A stretch of 64,000 nt of DNA from Dehalococcoidia bacterium (GCA_963665775.2 CAXXTF010000002.1:1248001-1312000); one strand, 5' to 3'. Positions 36,818 through 47,499 are shown, counted from the first letter of the stretch. Numbers and translations: made by a program. Notes: generated by a model from the letters alone, not told the origin.

Positions 36818-37629
36818 AACTCGGCTTCATCGGCGGCGGCGTTATGGGCGAGGCGATCCTCGCCGGCGCCCTCGACAAAGGGGTGACTCGCCCTGAAGAG
36901 ATCGCGGTATGCGACATCGTGCCTGCCCGCCGCGACCACCTGCGCGACACCTACGGCATCCGCGTCACCGACAGCATCGCCGAGGCCACCGCCGGGGCAG
37001 ACGTTGCCGTGCTGGCTGTGAAGCCTCAAGAGTTCGTCGCCGCCGCCCAGGCGCTGGCGGGCAAGATCGAGACCGGCCAGACGGTTATGTCAATCATGGC
37101 CGGCATCCCCATCGCCACTATCCGAGACGCCCTGCAACACCAGGCTCTGGTGCGGGCCATTCCGAACACCCCGGCCCAGATCGGCGAGGGGGTAACCGTC
37201 TGGACCGCCACCGAGGCCGTCCCCGAGGCCTCCCGCCAGGCGGTACGTAACGTGCTGGCCGTCCTGGGCCTGGAACTCTACGTGACGGACGAGAAGTACG
37301 TGGACATGGCGACGGCGGTCAGCTCCAGTGGACCGGCCTACGTCTTCCTGGTCATGGAGGCTCTCACGGACGCCGCCGTGCACATCGGCCTGCGACGGGA
37401 GATGGCCGAGGCGATGGTGATCCAGACAATCCTGGGCTCCGCCCGGTACGCACAGGCCAGCGGACGGCATCCGGCGGAGCTCCGCAACCAGGTCACGTCA
37501 CCCGGCGGCACCACTACAGAGGGGCTGCTGGCCCTGGAGAACGCCGGCCTGCGGGCCGCCTTCAGCCAGGCCGTGAAGGCGGCCTACGATAAGGCGAAGC
37601 GCCTGGGAAGGTCGCCATCGAAATCATAG
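36814..37629 (+). CDS. proC: Pyrroline-5-carboxylate reductase
   Basis: GGGVMG, LAVKPQ, PNTPA, SGPAY, VTSPGGTT. Confidence 0.96.
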   Translation: MKLGFIGGGVMGEAILAGALDKGVTRPEEIAVCDIVPARRDHLRDTYGIRVTDSIAEATAGADVAVLAVKPQEFVAAAQALAGKIETGQTVMSIMAGIPIATIRDALQHQALVRAIPNTPAQIGEGVTVWTATEAVPEASRQAVRNVLAVLGLELYVTDEKYVDMATAVSSSGPAYVFLVMEALTDAAVHIGLRREMAEAMVIQTILGSARYAQASGRHPAELRNQVTSPGGTTTEGLLALENAGLRAAFSQAVKAAYDKAKRLGRSPSKS

Positions 37630-37865
37630 CTCAGTTCGTCCAAGTCCTGGCCTACATCATGCTCGCGGCCATCTTCCTACGGGTCATCTTCTCGTGGATC
37701 AATTTCGACCCCAGGAACTCGATCTACCAGATCATCTACGAGATCACGGAGCCGCTCCTCGGACCCATCCGCCGGATCATGCCCCGCCTGGGCATGATAG
37801 ACCTCGCCCCCATGGTGGCCATTTTCGTCCTCTTCATCATCATACGGCTGGTACAGAGCGCCTGA
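37617..37865 (+). CDS. yggT: YggT family membrane protein
   Basis: RVIFSW, ITEPLLGPIRR, IDLAPM; first ATG is at 37659 and the reading frame extends to 37617. Confidence 0.85.
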   Translation: MEIIAQFVQVLAYIMLAAIFLRVIFSWINFDPRNSIYQIIYEITEPLLGPIRRIMPRLGMIDLAPMVAIFVLFIIIRLVQSA

Positions 37866-37978
37866 TATGACGACCAGCCAAGCCAGGACGGTACTGTAGC
37901 GCCACTTGCCCGTTGTGACGGTATGCGGCCCGTGCTATGATGCCGTCGGCTTGAGGGCATCGGGCTGAAGAGGAAGCG

Positions 37979-39043
37979 ATGAGCAAACCCAGCGACGGCA
38001 TGGAGGAGCGGCTACAAGCCCTCGATTTGGCCATCAGCCAGATCGAGAAGCAGTTCGGCCGCGGCTCCATAATGCGCCTGGGCGAAGCGTCCGCCCGCTT
38101 GGCCGTGGAGGCGATACCCACCGGCTCCCTGGCCCTGGACCTGGCCCTGGGCATCGGCGGCGTCCCCCGCGCTCGGATCACGGAGATCTTCGGGCCGGAG
38201 ATGGCCGGCAAGTCGACCCTGGCGATGCATGTCATCGCTCAGGCCCAGAAGCAGACAGGGCTGGCCGCCTACGTGGACGTGGAGCACGCCCTGGACCCCT
38301 CCTTCGCCAGCGCCATCGGCATAAACGTGGCCGACCTGCTGATCTCCCAGCCGGACACCGGTGAGCAGGCCCTGGAGATCTGCGAGGCGCTGGTCCGCTC
38401 CAACGCCGTCGACGTCATCGCCGTAGACTCGGTGGCGGCCCTGGTCCCCCGCGCCGAGCTCGAGGGCGACATGGGAGATTCCCTGCCTGGCCTGCAAGCC
38501 CGCCTCATGTCCCAGGCCCTGCGCAAGCTGACCGGCTGCATCTCCCGCTCCCGCACAGCCGTCATCTTCATCAACCAGTTGCGGGAGAAGATCGGCATCG
38601 TCTTCGGCAACCCGGAGACCACCCCCGGCGGGCGGGCGCTCAAGTTCTACAGCTCCGTGCGTATCGACCTTCGCCGTGCCGAGACTCTCAAACAGGGCAG
38701 CACCGTCATCGGCAGCCGCGTTCGGGCCAAGGTGGTAAAGAACAAGGTAGCGCCCCCCTTCCGCACCGCCGAGTTCGAGATCATCTTCAGCGGGCCCCAG
38801 GTAGGCATTAGCCGCGAGAGCGATATCCTAGACCTGGCCGTAGAAGCCGAAATCATCAAGAAGCAGGGTTCCTTCTTCTCCTACGGCGAGCAGCGGCTGG
38901 GGCAGGGCCGCGAGCAAGCGAAGCAGTTCCTGCGCCAGGATCCGCAGCTTGCTCAGAAGCTAGAGGGGATCATCCGGGCCCGCGCCCAGGCGGCGTCAGC
39001 AGTGACCGCTCCCACGCCGGAGGAGACACCGGGCCCAGAGTAG
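37979..39043 (+). CDS. recA: Recombinase A
   Basis: [52 protein letters not shown]. Confidence 0.98.
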   Translation: MSKPSDGMEERLQALDLAISQIEKQFGRGSIMRLGEASARLAVEAIPTGSLALDLALGIGGVPRARITEIFGPEMAGKSTLAMHVIAQAQKQTGLAAYVDVEHALDPSFASAIGINVADLLISQPDTGEQALEICEALVRSNAVDVIAVDSVAALVPRAELEGDMGDSLPGLQARLMSQALRKLTGCISRSRTAVIFINQLREKIGIVFGNPETTPGGRALKFYSSVRIDLRRAETLKQGSTVIGSRVRAKVVKNKVAPPFRTAEFEIIFSGPQVGISRESDILDLAVEAEIIKKQGSFFSYGEQRLGQGREQAKQFLRQDPQLAQKLEGIIRARAQAASAVTAPTPEETPGPE

Positions 39044-39067
39044 TATTACCCGTTCCGGCCTCCGCCT

Positions 39068-40081
39068 ATGCTACGAGCGGTGCTAGTCAGCTGTACGGCC
39101 CTTCTTCTCCTGGCCGCCTGCACTACGCAAGAGACCGGTCCGACGCATGAGGCCAGCTCCACGCAGCAGACCAGTCCCTCCCCTACTACAGCGCCAACAG
39201 CTGACCCCTGCGCAGACCTGCCTGAGGCTGCTGCGCGCGAGGCGTGCCGGAGGGCAGCCCTGGGAGGCCCTGGCGAGGTGGTGCCCGGGTTCAGCGGACT
39301 CTTCCTCGACCCTAACGACAACGCCATCGTCTACGTCTACATGGCGGACTCCTCCCAGCAAGAGGCGGCGGAGGAGGCAGCCAGGATCATCCTGGGCCGC
39401 GAGCGTTTCGAGCAGGAGATTCGGGAGGTTCGGGTGCTCCAGGCCCAATACAGCATGAGGCAACTCAGCACATGGTATAACCTCATGCGGGACGCCGTGT
39501 GGTCGGTGGCAGAAGTCTCCTGGACTGACCTCAACGAAGGGAACAACCGGATAGAGATCCGCATGCTGCCAAGGCCTGGCGCACGGCAGGAGATGGAGGC
39601 GGCCCTCGCCCCGCTAAATATCCCGGAGAACGCCGTAGTCATCGAGGTCGGGTGCCCGGACGTCGGGCAGCAGTACGAGCCCCCTCCCTTCCAGCCCGAA
39701 GACCCCACCCTCCGCTCCATCCGTCTATGGGTTGAGGTTCCGGCCCAAGTCAAGGCTGGCCAGTCGGTGCCGCTTGTCCTAAGAGTAAAGAACGTGGGCG
39801 ACCGCCCCGTGACACTGCGATATGGCGAGGGGCACGACTTCGTGGTGACGCGACCCGACGGAGGGAAGGTCTGGCAGTGGGGATGTCAAAGAGGGGTCAT
39901 CACGCAATCGAAGCGTACAATGGAACTGGAGCCGGGCCAGGAATTCGCTTATGAGACAGTATGGATACAATGGGACAACGAAGGAGAACCGGTGCCGCCG
40001 GGTGAGTACCTTGTCTATGGCGTCTTCGATGTCTACCCAAACGTTCCCACGCCACCGCAGACCTTTACGATAGTCCAGTGA
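39068..40081 (+). CDS. Lipoprotein with protease-prodomain-like region and C-terminal BsuPI/Ig-like domain
   Basis: LLAAC lipobox; L.VKNVGDRPVTL..DFVV..VWQW..LEPG..W...VPPGEY. Confidence 0.65.
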   Translation: MLRAVLVSCTALLLLAACTTQETGPTHEASSTQQTSPSPTTAPTADPCADLPEAAAREACRRAALGGPGEVVPGFSGLFLDPNDNAIVYVYMADSSQQEAAEEAARIILGRERFEQEIREVRVLQAQYSMRQLSTWYNLMRDAVWSVAEVSWTDLNEGNNRIEIRMLPRPGARQEMEAALAPLNIPENAVVIEVGCPDVGQQYEPPPFQPEDPTLRSIRLWVEVPAQVKAGQSVPLVLRVKNVGDRPVTLRYGEGHDFVVTRPDGGKVWQWGCQRGVITQSKRTMELEPGQEFAYETVWIQWDNEGEPVPPGEYLVYGVFDVYPNVPTPPQTFTIVQ

Positions 40082-40740
40082 CAGACATGCGCATAACCGC
40101 CATCGAGCGGCAGCCCCACCGACGCCGGCTCAACATCCATCTGGACGGCCGCTTCGCCCTGGCCCTCAGCCCAGAGGTTCTGACCGACGCCGGACTCCAC
40201 CTCGGCGACTCCCTCACCGCGGCCGACCTGGATCGCCTGCGTGAGTCGGAAGCCCGCCACAGCGCCCTGGCATCAGCCCTGCGCCTCCTCTCCTACCGGC
40301 CCCGCAGCGAGGCAGAACTGCGACAGAGACTGGCCCGCCGGGGCGTACCGCCTCCCGTCATCGACGACACGATCGGCCACCTGCGCGAGCTGGGCCTGGC
40401 AGACGACGAGGCCTTCGCCCGCTCCTGGGTCGACAGTCGCCAACGGACCAGCCCCCGCAGTCGCCGGCTCCTCGCCATGGAGCTGGGCAGCAAGGGGGTG
40501 GCCCGCCAGATCGGGCTGGACTCCCTGAGCGCTGTGGACGAGGGCGACGCCGCCTACCGCGCTGCCGCTCGCCGCGCCGGCCCTCTGGCTTCCCTCCCCT
40601 ACACCGACTTTCGCCGCCGCCTGGGCGCCTTTCTCCTGCGTCGCGGCTTCGATTACGAGACGGTCCGTACCACGGTCGCACGTCTCTGGGAAGAGGCGGC
40701 CCAACCCCGGGCTGAGAGCCACGATGAGCGGAAATCCTGA
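40078..40740 (+). CDS. recX: Recombination regulator RecX
   Basis: ALRLLSYRPRSEAEL, DDEAFA, LLRRGFDY. Confidence 0.92.
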   Translation: MTDMRITAIERQPHRRRLNIHLDGRFALALSPEVLTDAGLHLGDSLTAADLDRLRESEARHSALASALRLLSYRPRSEAELRQRLARRGVPPPVIDDTIGHLRELGLADDEAFARSWVDSRQRTSPRSRRLLAMELGSKGVARQIGLDSLSAVDEGDAAYRAAARRAGPLASLPYTDFRRRLGAFLLRRGFDYETVRTTVARLWEEAAQPRAESHDERKS

Positions 40741-40830
40741 GATTCTGCTCAGCGTTCCCTCCCGTCAGAGGCGAGTATCTTGTGGCGTTGGCATAGACGC
40801 TATCTAATGGAAAGGACTCCTTCTTATTCC

Positions 40831-40860
40831 TTGACACCACAATTTGGTGCGCCGTATCAT
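40831..40860 (+). promoter_or_regulatory. Sigma70-type promoter for rny
   Basis: TTGACA-N18-TATCAT. Confidence 0.55.
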
Positions 40861-40936
40861 GGCAGTAGCTGTTCAGTGGTCAGATTACTGAAAAGATGTC
40901 TTTCACCCTATCTACAATCGCAGGAAGTGAGGCAAA

Positions 40937-42466
40937 ATGCCGGAAGGCATTGCTCTCGTTGTCGGGCTTGTCGGCGTCTTCATCGGTGTTACAGGCGGAA
41001 TATTCATTCAGCAACGCATCACCCAGCAGCGCCTCGCCGCCGCTGAGCGAAGCGCCGCTCGCATCCTTAATGAAGCCGACACTCGGCAAAAGGAGATACA
41101 ACTCGAAGCCAAGGAAGAGGCTATCCACATCCGGACCCAGGCGGAATCCGAACTGCGTGAACGTCGCCGCGAGACCCAGCGTCTCGAGCACCGCGTCACC
41201 CAGAAGGAAGAGAGCCTCGATCGTAAACTAGACGGCCTGGATCAGCGCCAGCGCAACCTGTCTGATAAGGAAGAGGAGCTGGACAAGGCAAGGAAGGGCC
41301 TGCTTACGCTTCAAGAGGAGCGCAGGCAGGAGCTAGAGAGGTTATCCAACCTCACCACCTCTGAGGCCAAGGAGGTGCTCCTGGCCCAGGTCGAGCGCGA
41401 GATCCGCGACGAGGCCAACCGCCGCCTGCGCGAGATTGAGCAGGAGGTGAAGGAAGAGGCCGACGAGCGAGCCCGCAAGGTCATCACCGTGGCCATGCAA
41501 CGACTCACCGGCGAGGCCGTGTCCGAGGCCTCGATTTCCGTGGTTCCCCTGCCCTCAGAGGATCTGAAGGGGCGCATCATTGGGCGCGAGGGCCGCAACA
41601 TCCGCGCCCTGGAGCACAACACGGGAGTAGACGTCATCATCGACGATACCCCGGACGCCGTAACCCTCTCCGGTTTCGACCCCGTGCGCCGCGAGGTGGC
41701 CCGGATAGCCCTGACCAAGCTCATCGCCGACGGCCGCATCCATCCGGCCCGCATCGAGGAGATGGTGGAGAAGTCCCGAAAGGAAGTGGAGACGTCCATC
41801 AAGGAGGCCGGCGAAGAGGCCGCTCTGGAAGCCAGCTCCCCTGGGCTCCACCCGGAGATCATCCGGACGCTGGGTCGCCTAAAGTATCGCTACAGCTACG
41901 GCCAAAATCAACTAAGACACGCCGTGGAGACATCCAGCCTGGCCGCCATGATCGCCCACGAGATGGGCGCTAACGTGGACACCGCACGGCGCGGCGGCCT
42001 TCTGCATGACCTGGGGAAAGCCATTGACCACAATGTGGAGGGGACCCACGCCCTGCTCGGCGCCGAGCTGGGCCGCCGCCACGGTCTCCACGCCGGCGTG
42101 ATTCACTGTATTGAAGCCCACCACGAGGAAGTGGAGCCCACCTCCGTCGAGGCGATCATCACAATCGTCGCGGACGCCATCAGCGGCAGCCGTCCCGGCG
42201 CCCGCCGCGAATCGACGGAGAACTACCTTAAGCGGCTGGAAGCCCTGGAGGAAGTGGCCAATTGCTTCCCGGGTGTGGATAAGTCCTTCGCCATCCAGGC
42301 CGGTCGCGAGATTCGTATCATCGTCAAGCCGGAGGAGATCGACGACTTGGGAGCCGCCCGGATGGCCAAAGAGATCAGCAAACGGATCCAGGAGAGCCTG
42401 GACTACCCGGGCCAGATCAAGATCACCGTCATTCGCGAGCGCCGCTCGGTGGAGTACGCCAAGTAG
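40937..42466 (+). CDS. rny: Ribonuclease Y
   Basis: N-terminal TM, coiled coil, KH domain KGRIIGREGRNIR, HD domain LLHDLGK. Confidence 0.97.
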   Translation: MPEGIALVVGLVGVFIGVTGGIFIQQRITQQRLAAAERSAARILNEADTRQKEIQLEAKEEAIHIRTQAESELRERRRETQRLEHRVTQKEESLDRKLDGLDQRQRNLSDKEEELDKARKGLLTLQEERRQELERLSNLTTSEAKEVLLAQVEREIRDEANRRLREIEQEVKEEADERARKVITVAMQRLTGEAVSEASISVVPLPSEDLKGRIIGREGRNIRALEHNTGVDVIIDDTPDAVTLSGFDPVRREVARIALTKLIADGRIHPARIEEMVEKSRKEVETSIKEAGEEAALEASSPGLHPEIIRTLGRLKYRYSYGQNQLRHAVETSSLAAMIAHEMGANVDTARRGGLLHDLGKAIDHNVEGTHALLGAELGRRHGLHAGVIHCIEAHHEEVEPTSVEAIITIVADAISGSRPGARRESTENYLKRLEALEEVANCFPGVDKSFAIQAGREIRIIVKPEEIDDLGAARMAKEISKRIQESLDYPGQIKITVIRERRSVEYAK

Positions 42467-42611
42467 GTCGGAAGGCGAGAATGTACCCTAGCGTCATATC
42501 CGCCTGCCGGCTCGGAGAAAGCACGTCCAACCACAACCGACCAGCCCGGCCAGTCGTACTGGGGCGAGGTCGGGACGAGAGGATAGAGCGTAGTTCGAGA
42601 GTGGGATGCCT

Positions 42612-43382
42612 ATGAACATCCTGATGATCGGCGACATAGTAGGCAAGCTGGGCCGCCGCACGGTGGCCAACGTCCTGCCGGAGATTCGCCGATCCCACAG
42701 CGTGGACCTGGTTATCGCCAACGGCGAGAACGCCGCCGGCGGCCATGGTCTTACACCCGATACAACCGAGGATCTGTACCAAGCAGGTATCGACGTCATC
42801 ACCTCCGGCAACCACATCTGGTCCTACCCGGAGATATACCCCCTACTGGAGAGCGCGGGCCCCATACTGCGGCCGTTGAACTACCCTGACGGCTCCCCCG
42901 GCAGCGGCGTGCACTGCCATGACGGTATCGCCGTCATCAACTTGATGGGCCGAACCTTTATGACCGATCAAGTGGACTGCCCCTTCCGTGCCGCCGATGA
43001 GGCGCTGGCTTCCCTCCACGACTGCCGCATCGTCATCGTCGACATGCACGCCGAGGCCACCAGCGAGAAGATCGGCATGGGGTACTACCTGGATGGCCGC
43101 GTTAGCGCCGTCCTTGGCACCCACACTCACATCCCCACGTCAGACACCCGCATCCTGCCCAGGGGGACCGCTTATGTGACAGACGTGGGCATGGTTGGGG
43201 CGCTCCATTCCATCCTCGGCATGGAGATCCAGCCGATAGTTCAGCGCTTCCTCACCCAGCTCCCTACGCGCTTCAATCCGGTGGTTAACGGAGCTGCCGT
43301 CTTCAACGCCACCCTGATGCAGATAGACCCGGACACTGGCCACGCCATCTCTATTGAGAGGCTGGACCGGGACGTAGCTTGA
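42612..43382 (+). CDS. ymdB: YmdB-like metallophosphoesterase (TIGR00282)
   Basis: GDIVG, NGEN, SGNH, DMHAEATSEK, GTHTH. Confidence 0.92.
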   Translation: MNILMIGDIVGKLGRRTVANVLPEIRRSHSVDLVIANGENAAGGHGLTPDTTEDLYQAGIDVITSGNHIWSYPEIYPLLESAGPILRPLNYPDGSPGSGVHCHDGIAVINLMGRTFMTDQVDCPFRAADEALASLHDCRIVIVDMHAEATSEKIGMGYYLDGRVSAVLGTHTHIPTSDTRILPRGTAYVTDVGMVGALHSILGMEIQPIVQRFLTQLPTRFNPVVNGAAVFNATLMQIDPDTGHAISIERLDRDVA

Positions 43383-44251
43383 TGGCCAGCAACGCCGACC
43401 TGCACACCCACAGCACGTTCTCTGACGGCCTACTCACCCCCGCTCAGCTCATCGACCTAGCATACCGCAACGGTGTCCGCGTCCTGGCCCTGACCGACCA
43501 CGACATCACCGACGGCCTGCCCCAGGCCTTTCAGGCCGCCTCCCGCTATCCTGACCTCACCCTCATCCCCGGCATCGAGATGAGCACCGATGTTCCGGGC
43601 AGCGAGGTACACATCGTGGGTCTGTTCATCGATTGGGAAGACGCTACCTTTCAGACGGAGCTCAGCCACCTGCGCGAGTCCCGCCTCAACCGGGCCCGCA
43701 AGATGGTGGACAGGCTCACTCAGATGGGCAAGCCCGTGGCCTGGGAGCGGGTTCAGGGGATAGCCGGCGAGGGTACCGTGGGACGGCCTCACATTGCGCG
43801 CGCCCTGGTCGAGGCCGGGCATGTCGCCTCTGTGAACGAGGCCTTCGACCTCTACCTTAGCCGTACCGCTCCGGCCTACGTGGAGCGGGAGCGGCTGAGC
43901 CCCGGTGAGGTGCTGCAGTTCATGCTCCGGGTGGGCGGCCTCTGTACCCTGGCCCACCCCCGTGAGCTGGAACGAATAGACGATCTCCTGGCTGACCTGA
44001 AAGAAGCTGGCCTCGTCGGTATGGAGGTCTACTACCAGGACTACAAACCGGACGAGATTGAACGGCTGCGCGCCCTGGCCGAAAAGTTCGACCTTCTGCC
44101 CCTGGGTGGAAGCGACTACCACGGCATGGGCGGAGCTAAGCAACGCGAGCCCGGTAATATCCCCCTACCGGTGGAGCCCGTGGAGCGGCTGCTCGCCCTG
44201 GCCGAGGAGCGCGGCACCTTGGAGCGAGCCCAGCTAGCCCAACCGCGGTAG
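43382..44251 (+). CDS. PHP-domain phosphoesterase (TrpH/YciV-like)
   Basis: DLHTHSTFSDG, ALTDHD, GRPHIA, GGSDYHG. Confidence 0.9.
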   Translation: MASNADLHTHSTFSDGLLTPAQLIDLAYRNGVRVLALTDHDITDGLPQAFQAASRYPDLTLIPGIEMSTDVPGSEVHIVGLFIDWEDATFQTELSHLRESRLNRARKMVDRLTQMGKPVAWERVQGIAGEGTVGRPHIARALVEAGHVASVNEAFDLYLSRTAPAYVERERLSPGEVLQFMLRVGGLCTLAHPRELERIDDLLADLKEAGLVGMEVYYQDYKPDEIERLRALAEKFDLLPLGGSDYHGMGGAKQREPGNIPLPVEPVERLLALAEERGTLERAQLAQPR

Positions 44252-44271
44252 AGAGATACAAGCCGCAGTCG

Positions 44272-44751
44272 ATGCAGTGCGCGCGCCACCCGAATATCGA
44301 GACCGAGCTGGCCTGCGGCCGCTGCGAGACGGCGATCTGCCCCAAGTGCGTTGTCACGACCGATGTGGGCGCCCGCTGCCCGACCTGCGCCCCGGCTCGC
44401 AAGCTCCCCCAGTTTGAAGTTGGCCCCCTCTGGGTGCTACGGGGCGCTGTCGCGGCTCTCCTGGCAGGCGCTGCCCTGGGTGCCGCGTGGTGGACACTTT
44501 TCGGCGGCCTCCGCTTCTTCACCGTTATCATCGGCCTCTTGGTGGGATACGCTGTAGGCGAGGCGGTGAGCTGGGCCACCAACCGAAAGGCGGGCCCCCC
44601 GCTCCAGATCGTGGCTGCTATTGGGGTAGCGCTAGCCTACGTGACCCGCAACCTGCTGCTGGACGTCCCGGCCGTGCCGGGGGATGACCTGTTCGGTTAC
44701 GTGGCGGTCATCGCGGGGATCATGGCCGCCTCCAAACGCCTGCGCGCCTGA
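44272..44751 (+). CDS. B-box-type zinc finger membrane protein
   Basis: CARHP..CGRC..CPKC..CPTC followed by four TMs. Confidence 0.75.
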   Translation: MQCARHPNIETELACGRCETAICPKCVVTTDVGARCPTCAPARKLPQFEVGPLWVLRGAVAALLAGAALGAAWWTLFGGLRFFTVIIGLLVGYAVGEAVSWATNRKAGPPLQIVAAIGVALAYVTRNLLLDVPAVPGDDLFGYVAVIAGIMAASKRLRA

Positions 44752-44775
44752 CGGCCGCCGTCCGCCATCGAGCCG

Positions 44776-45048
44776 CTAGCGCAGGAATATCGCTGTCAGG
44801 ATCAGGCTGACGAAGAGGAAGCCGCTCAGAGCGACGACCCGCCATATCTCCCGGCGCACGTAGGAGAAGTCCCGCGTGATATGCCGGCCCTCGTCACGGG
44901 GAACGGGCTGCGCAGCCGGGCTGGACACCGCCGGCGCAGCCACGGCAGCCCCGACTTCCTGGGGCTCTGGCGGCTGAGCCAGCATCTCCGGTGCTGACCG
45001 CTTCTTCGTCTTGCTCCGCCTAACGGGCGGCCGGTATCGTCTGGGCAA
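44776..45048 (-). CDS. Hypothetical protein with basic N-terminus and C-terminal TM
   Basis: DFSYVRREI + TM; TTG start preferred because a TATAAT lies at 45083-45088. Confidence 0.6.
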   Translation of the reverse strand: MPRRYRPPVRRSKTKKRSAPEMLAQPPEPQEVGAAVAAPAVSSPAAQPVPRDEGRHITRDFSYVRREIWRVVALSGFLFVSLILTAIFLR

Positions 45049-45203
45049 ATTCGGCCCCGATTCGTATGAGATCTTCGCCTGCATTATACCGAGGCGAACC
45101 TGTCCGAACCAGCGTGAAGTCGCGAGCAGGCGTCCTCGATAGCCGCCGCCGGCCACATCATCTAGAATAGAAGCAGAGTTACCACTAGAAAGGGGCGCAA
45201 GCG

Positions 45204-45503
45204 ATGGTCAGCGAACAGCTGGTTAGAGAAGCCCTCAAGGAAGTATACGACCCGGAACTCCAGTACAACATCGTGGACCTAGGCCTAGTCTACGATGTGG
45301 CGGTGCTCGACGGGAAGGTCCATGTCCTCATGACGCTCACCTCCCCCGGCTGCCCCGTCGCCCCCATGATCATTGAGCAGATTCAGGAGAACGTGGGGAC
45401 GATTCCGGGCACGAAGGACGTGGACGTGGAGATCACCTTCGACCCCCCATGGAGCGTGGAATCGATGAGCGAGGATGCCAGGGATGACCTGGGCCTAGAC
45501 TAA
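45204..45503 (+). CDS. DUF59/SufT-like Fe-S assembly factor
   Basis: DPELQYNIVDLGLVY, MTLTSPGCP, FDPPW. Confidence 0.9.
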   Translation: MVSEQLVREALKEVYDPELQYNIVDLGLVYDVAVLDGKVHVLMTLTSPGCPVAPMIIEQIQENVGTIPGTKDVDVEITFDPPWSVESMSEDARDDLGLD

Positions 45504-45546
45504 GGTCGGCCCGGCCCCCACACAGAGACCCACCGTCCGACCCGCG

Positions 45547-47499
45547 CTAGGGGCACCGCTCTGCAGTCAGGGCACTACGGTACCGCCCCAAAGCGGCCAA
45601 CGGCCAGTAGTTGCGGTACAGGTGGTACTTGATATAGAAGTGCCCCGGAAAGCCCGTGGCCGTGAAGTACGGCTCCTCCCACTGACCGTCCTCCTCCTGG
45701 GTCTCCACCAGATAGCCCACCCCTCGCTCGACAGCCGTCTCGACCAGGCCGTCGTCCTGGCTTGGCCCCGCCGTCAGGAGGCCCAGCAGCGCCCATGCCG
45801 TCTGCGAGGCAGTGCTGGGACCGCGCCCAGCCAATCGGGAATCGGTATAGCTGTCGCAGCTCTCTCCCCAGCCGCCATCCTCATTCTGACGCTCCACCAG
45901 CCAGCGCACGGCCCGGCGCACGCAGGTGCTGGACATCTCCTCGCCCGCCGCCTTGAGGGCAGGCAACACGGCTCCCGTGCCGTAGATGTAGTTCACACCC
46001 CAGCGGCCCCACCAGCTGCCGTCCGGGCGCTGCTCGTCTCGTAAATACTGGACGGCCCGCTGCACCTCCGGCGAATCGCCATCGCCCAGCAGCGAAAGGG
46101 CCTCCACTACATGGGCCGTCACATCCTCCGTAGGGTAATCGAGAACCTCGCCGAAATCGCAGAAGGGTATCTTGGTCACCAGCCGCTGCGTGTTGTCCTT
46201 ATCGAACGAGCCCCAGCCGCCGTTCCGGGACTGCATCCCCAGAAGCCAGCGCCGGCCCCGCTCCAAGGCCCGCTCCTTGCGCCGGCCGTCCGGCAGCCCG
46301 GCCCGGGCCAGGCCGATGATCACCTCAGCCGCGTCGTCCGTATCCGGATAGAGATCGTTCTCGAACTCGAAGGCCCAGCCTCCCGGTTCGACGCCCTTGA
46401 CCTTGACCTGCCAATCTCCCCCGGTCAGCACCTGCTCCCGCAGCAGCCAGCGGCCGGCCTGCGCCACAGCCGGGTGGTCCGGCGCCAAGCCAGAATCTAG
46501 GAGGCCGATCATGGCCAGGGCCGTATCCCACACCGGCGAAAGACAGGCCTGCGGGCTGAAGATCTCCTCGTCCTCTACCGCGAAGTCCCCCTGGAGCCCC
46601 TCCAACCCCCGGCGCATCACCGGGCGGTCCAGCGGATAGCCCAGAACCTTCAGGGCGAGCAGGGAGTACACCCAGGGCGGCTGAATGCCTCCCCAGGAAC
46701 CGTCCGCCTCCTGGTGGGCCACGATCCAGTCCTCGGCCGCCTTGTAGGCGGCCCGCCTGAGGGGAAGAAAGGCCATCCGCTCGTAGCGACGCAGGAGGCC
46801 GTCTGCTGTGTGGAAGAACCGCTTCCACGAGAGGACCTCTCTGGGTCGAGACAGGGAGTAGTCAGTGCGGTCCCGCGACACCGGGTACAGCTCGTCGATC
46901 CGGGCCGACTCGGCGATGGGACAGACGGGCCGCTCGGTGAGAAGGACGAGCATCGGCACTATGGTGGGCCGGGCCCAGGAGGCGAAGTCGTAGATGTTCA
47001 GCGGGAACCAATGGGGCAGAAGGATCAACTCCGGGGGCAGGACCGGCACCCCTCGCCAGTCCCATTGGCCGAACAGGGCCAGCCATACCTTGGTGAAGTT
47101 GCGCACCTTGGGGACGCCCCCGGCGGAGAGGACGAACTGGCGGGCCTTACGCATGGCGGGCTCCTGCGCGGAGACGCCGGCCATCTTGAGGGCGAAGTAA
47201 GCCTCTACGGTGGCGTTCAGGTCCGGCGGACCGTCGTGGTAGATGGCCCACGCACCGTCCGGCCGCTGCTGGCGCCGCAGGTAAGTCGCGATTTTGCGCC
47301 AGCGCCGTTCATCGCCCGCTCCCAGGAAGTGCGTCAGCAACAGGTACTCCGCCGCCATGCAGACGTTGGACTCCAGCTCGCCCCACCAGTAGCCATCGGC
47401 GTGCTGAGTCCGCAGGAAATAATCCTGCGAACGCTGAATCGCCTCGTCCACGGCTGCCGCCGGGCGGCCGTCTCTGGTCAGCTCATCCACGTGGTACAT
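45547..47499 (-). CDS. shc: Squalene-hopene cyclase
   Basis: Catalytic DTDD, QW repeats, GGIQPP, SPVWDT, TGFPGHFYIKY. Confidence 0.96.
   Translation of the reverse strand: MYHVDELTRDGRPAAAVDEAIQRSQDYFLRTQHADGYWWGELESNVCMAAEYLLLTHFLGAGDERRWRKIATYLRRQQRPDGAWAIYHDGPPDLNATVEAYFALKMAGVSAQEPAMRKARQFVLSAGGVPKVRNFTKVWLALFGQWDWRGVPVLPPELILLPHWFPLNIYDFASWARPTIVPMLVLLTERPVCPIAESARIDELYPVSRDRTDYSLSRPREVLSWKRFFHTADGLLRRYERMAFLPLRRAAYKAAEDWIVAHQEADGSWGGIQPPWVYSLLALKVLGYPLDRPVMRRGLEGLQGDFAVEDEEIFSPQACLSPVWDTALAMIGLLDSGLAPDHPAVAQAGRWLLREQVLTGGDWQVKVKGVEPGGWAFEFENDLYPDTDDAAEVIIGLARAGLPDGRRKERALERGRRWLLGMQSRNGGWGSFDKDNTQRLVTKIPFCDFGEVLDYPTEDVTAHVVEALSLLGDGDSPEVQRAVQYLRDEQRPDGSWWGRWGVNYIYGTGAVLPALKAAGEEMSSTCVRRAVRWLVERQNEDGGWGESCDSYTDSRLAGRGPSTASQTAWALLGLLTAGPSQDDGLVETAVERGVGYLVETQEEDGQWEEPYFTATGFPGHFYIKYHLYRNYWPLAALGRYRSALTAERCP

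Noticed and set aside
37866-37978. LexA box before recA (and before dinB)
   Set aside because: No GAAC-N4-GTTC found; AGAAC-N6-GTTCT near 55364 has the wrong spacing and context
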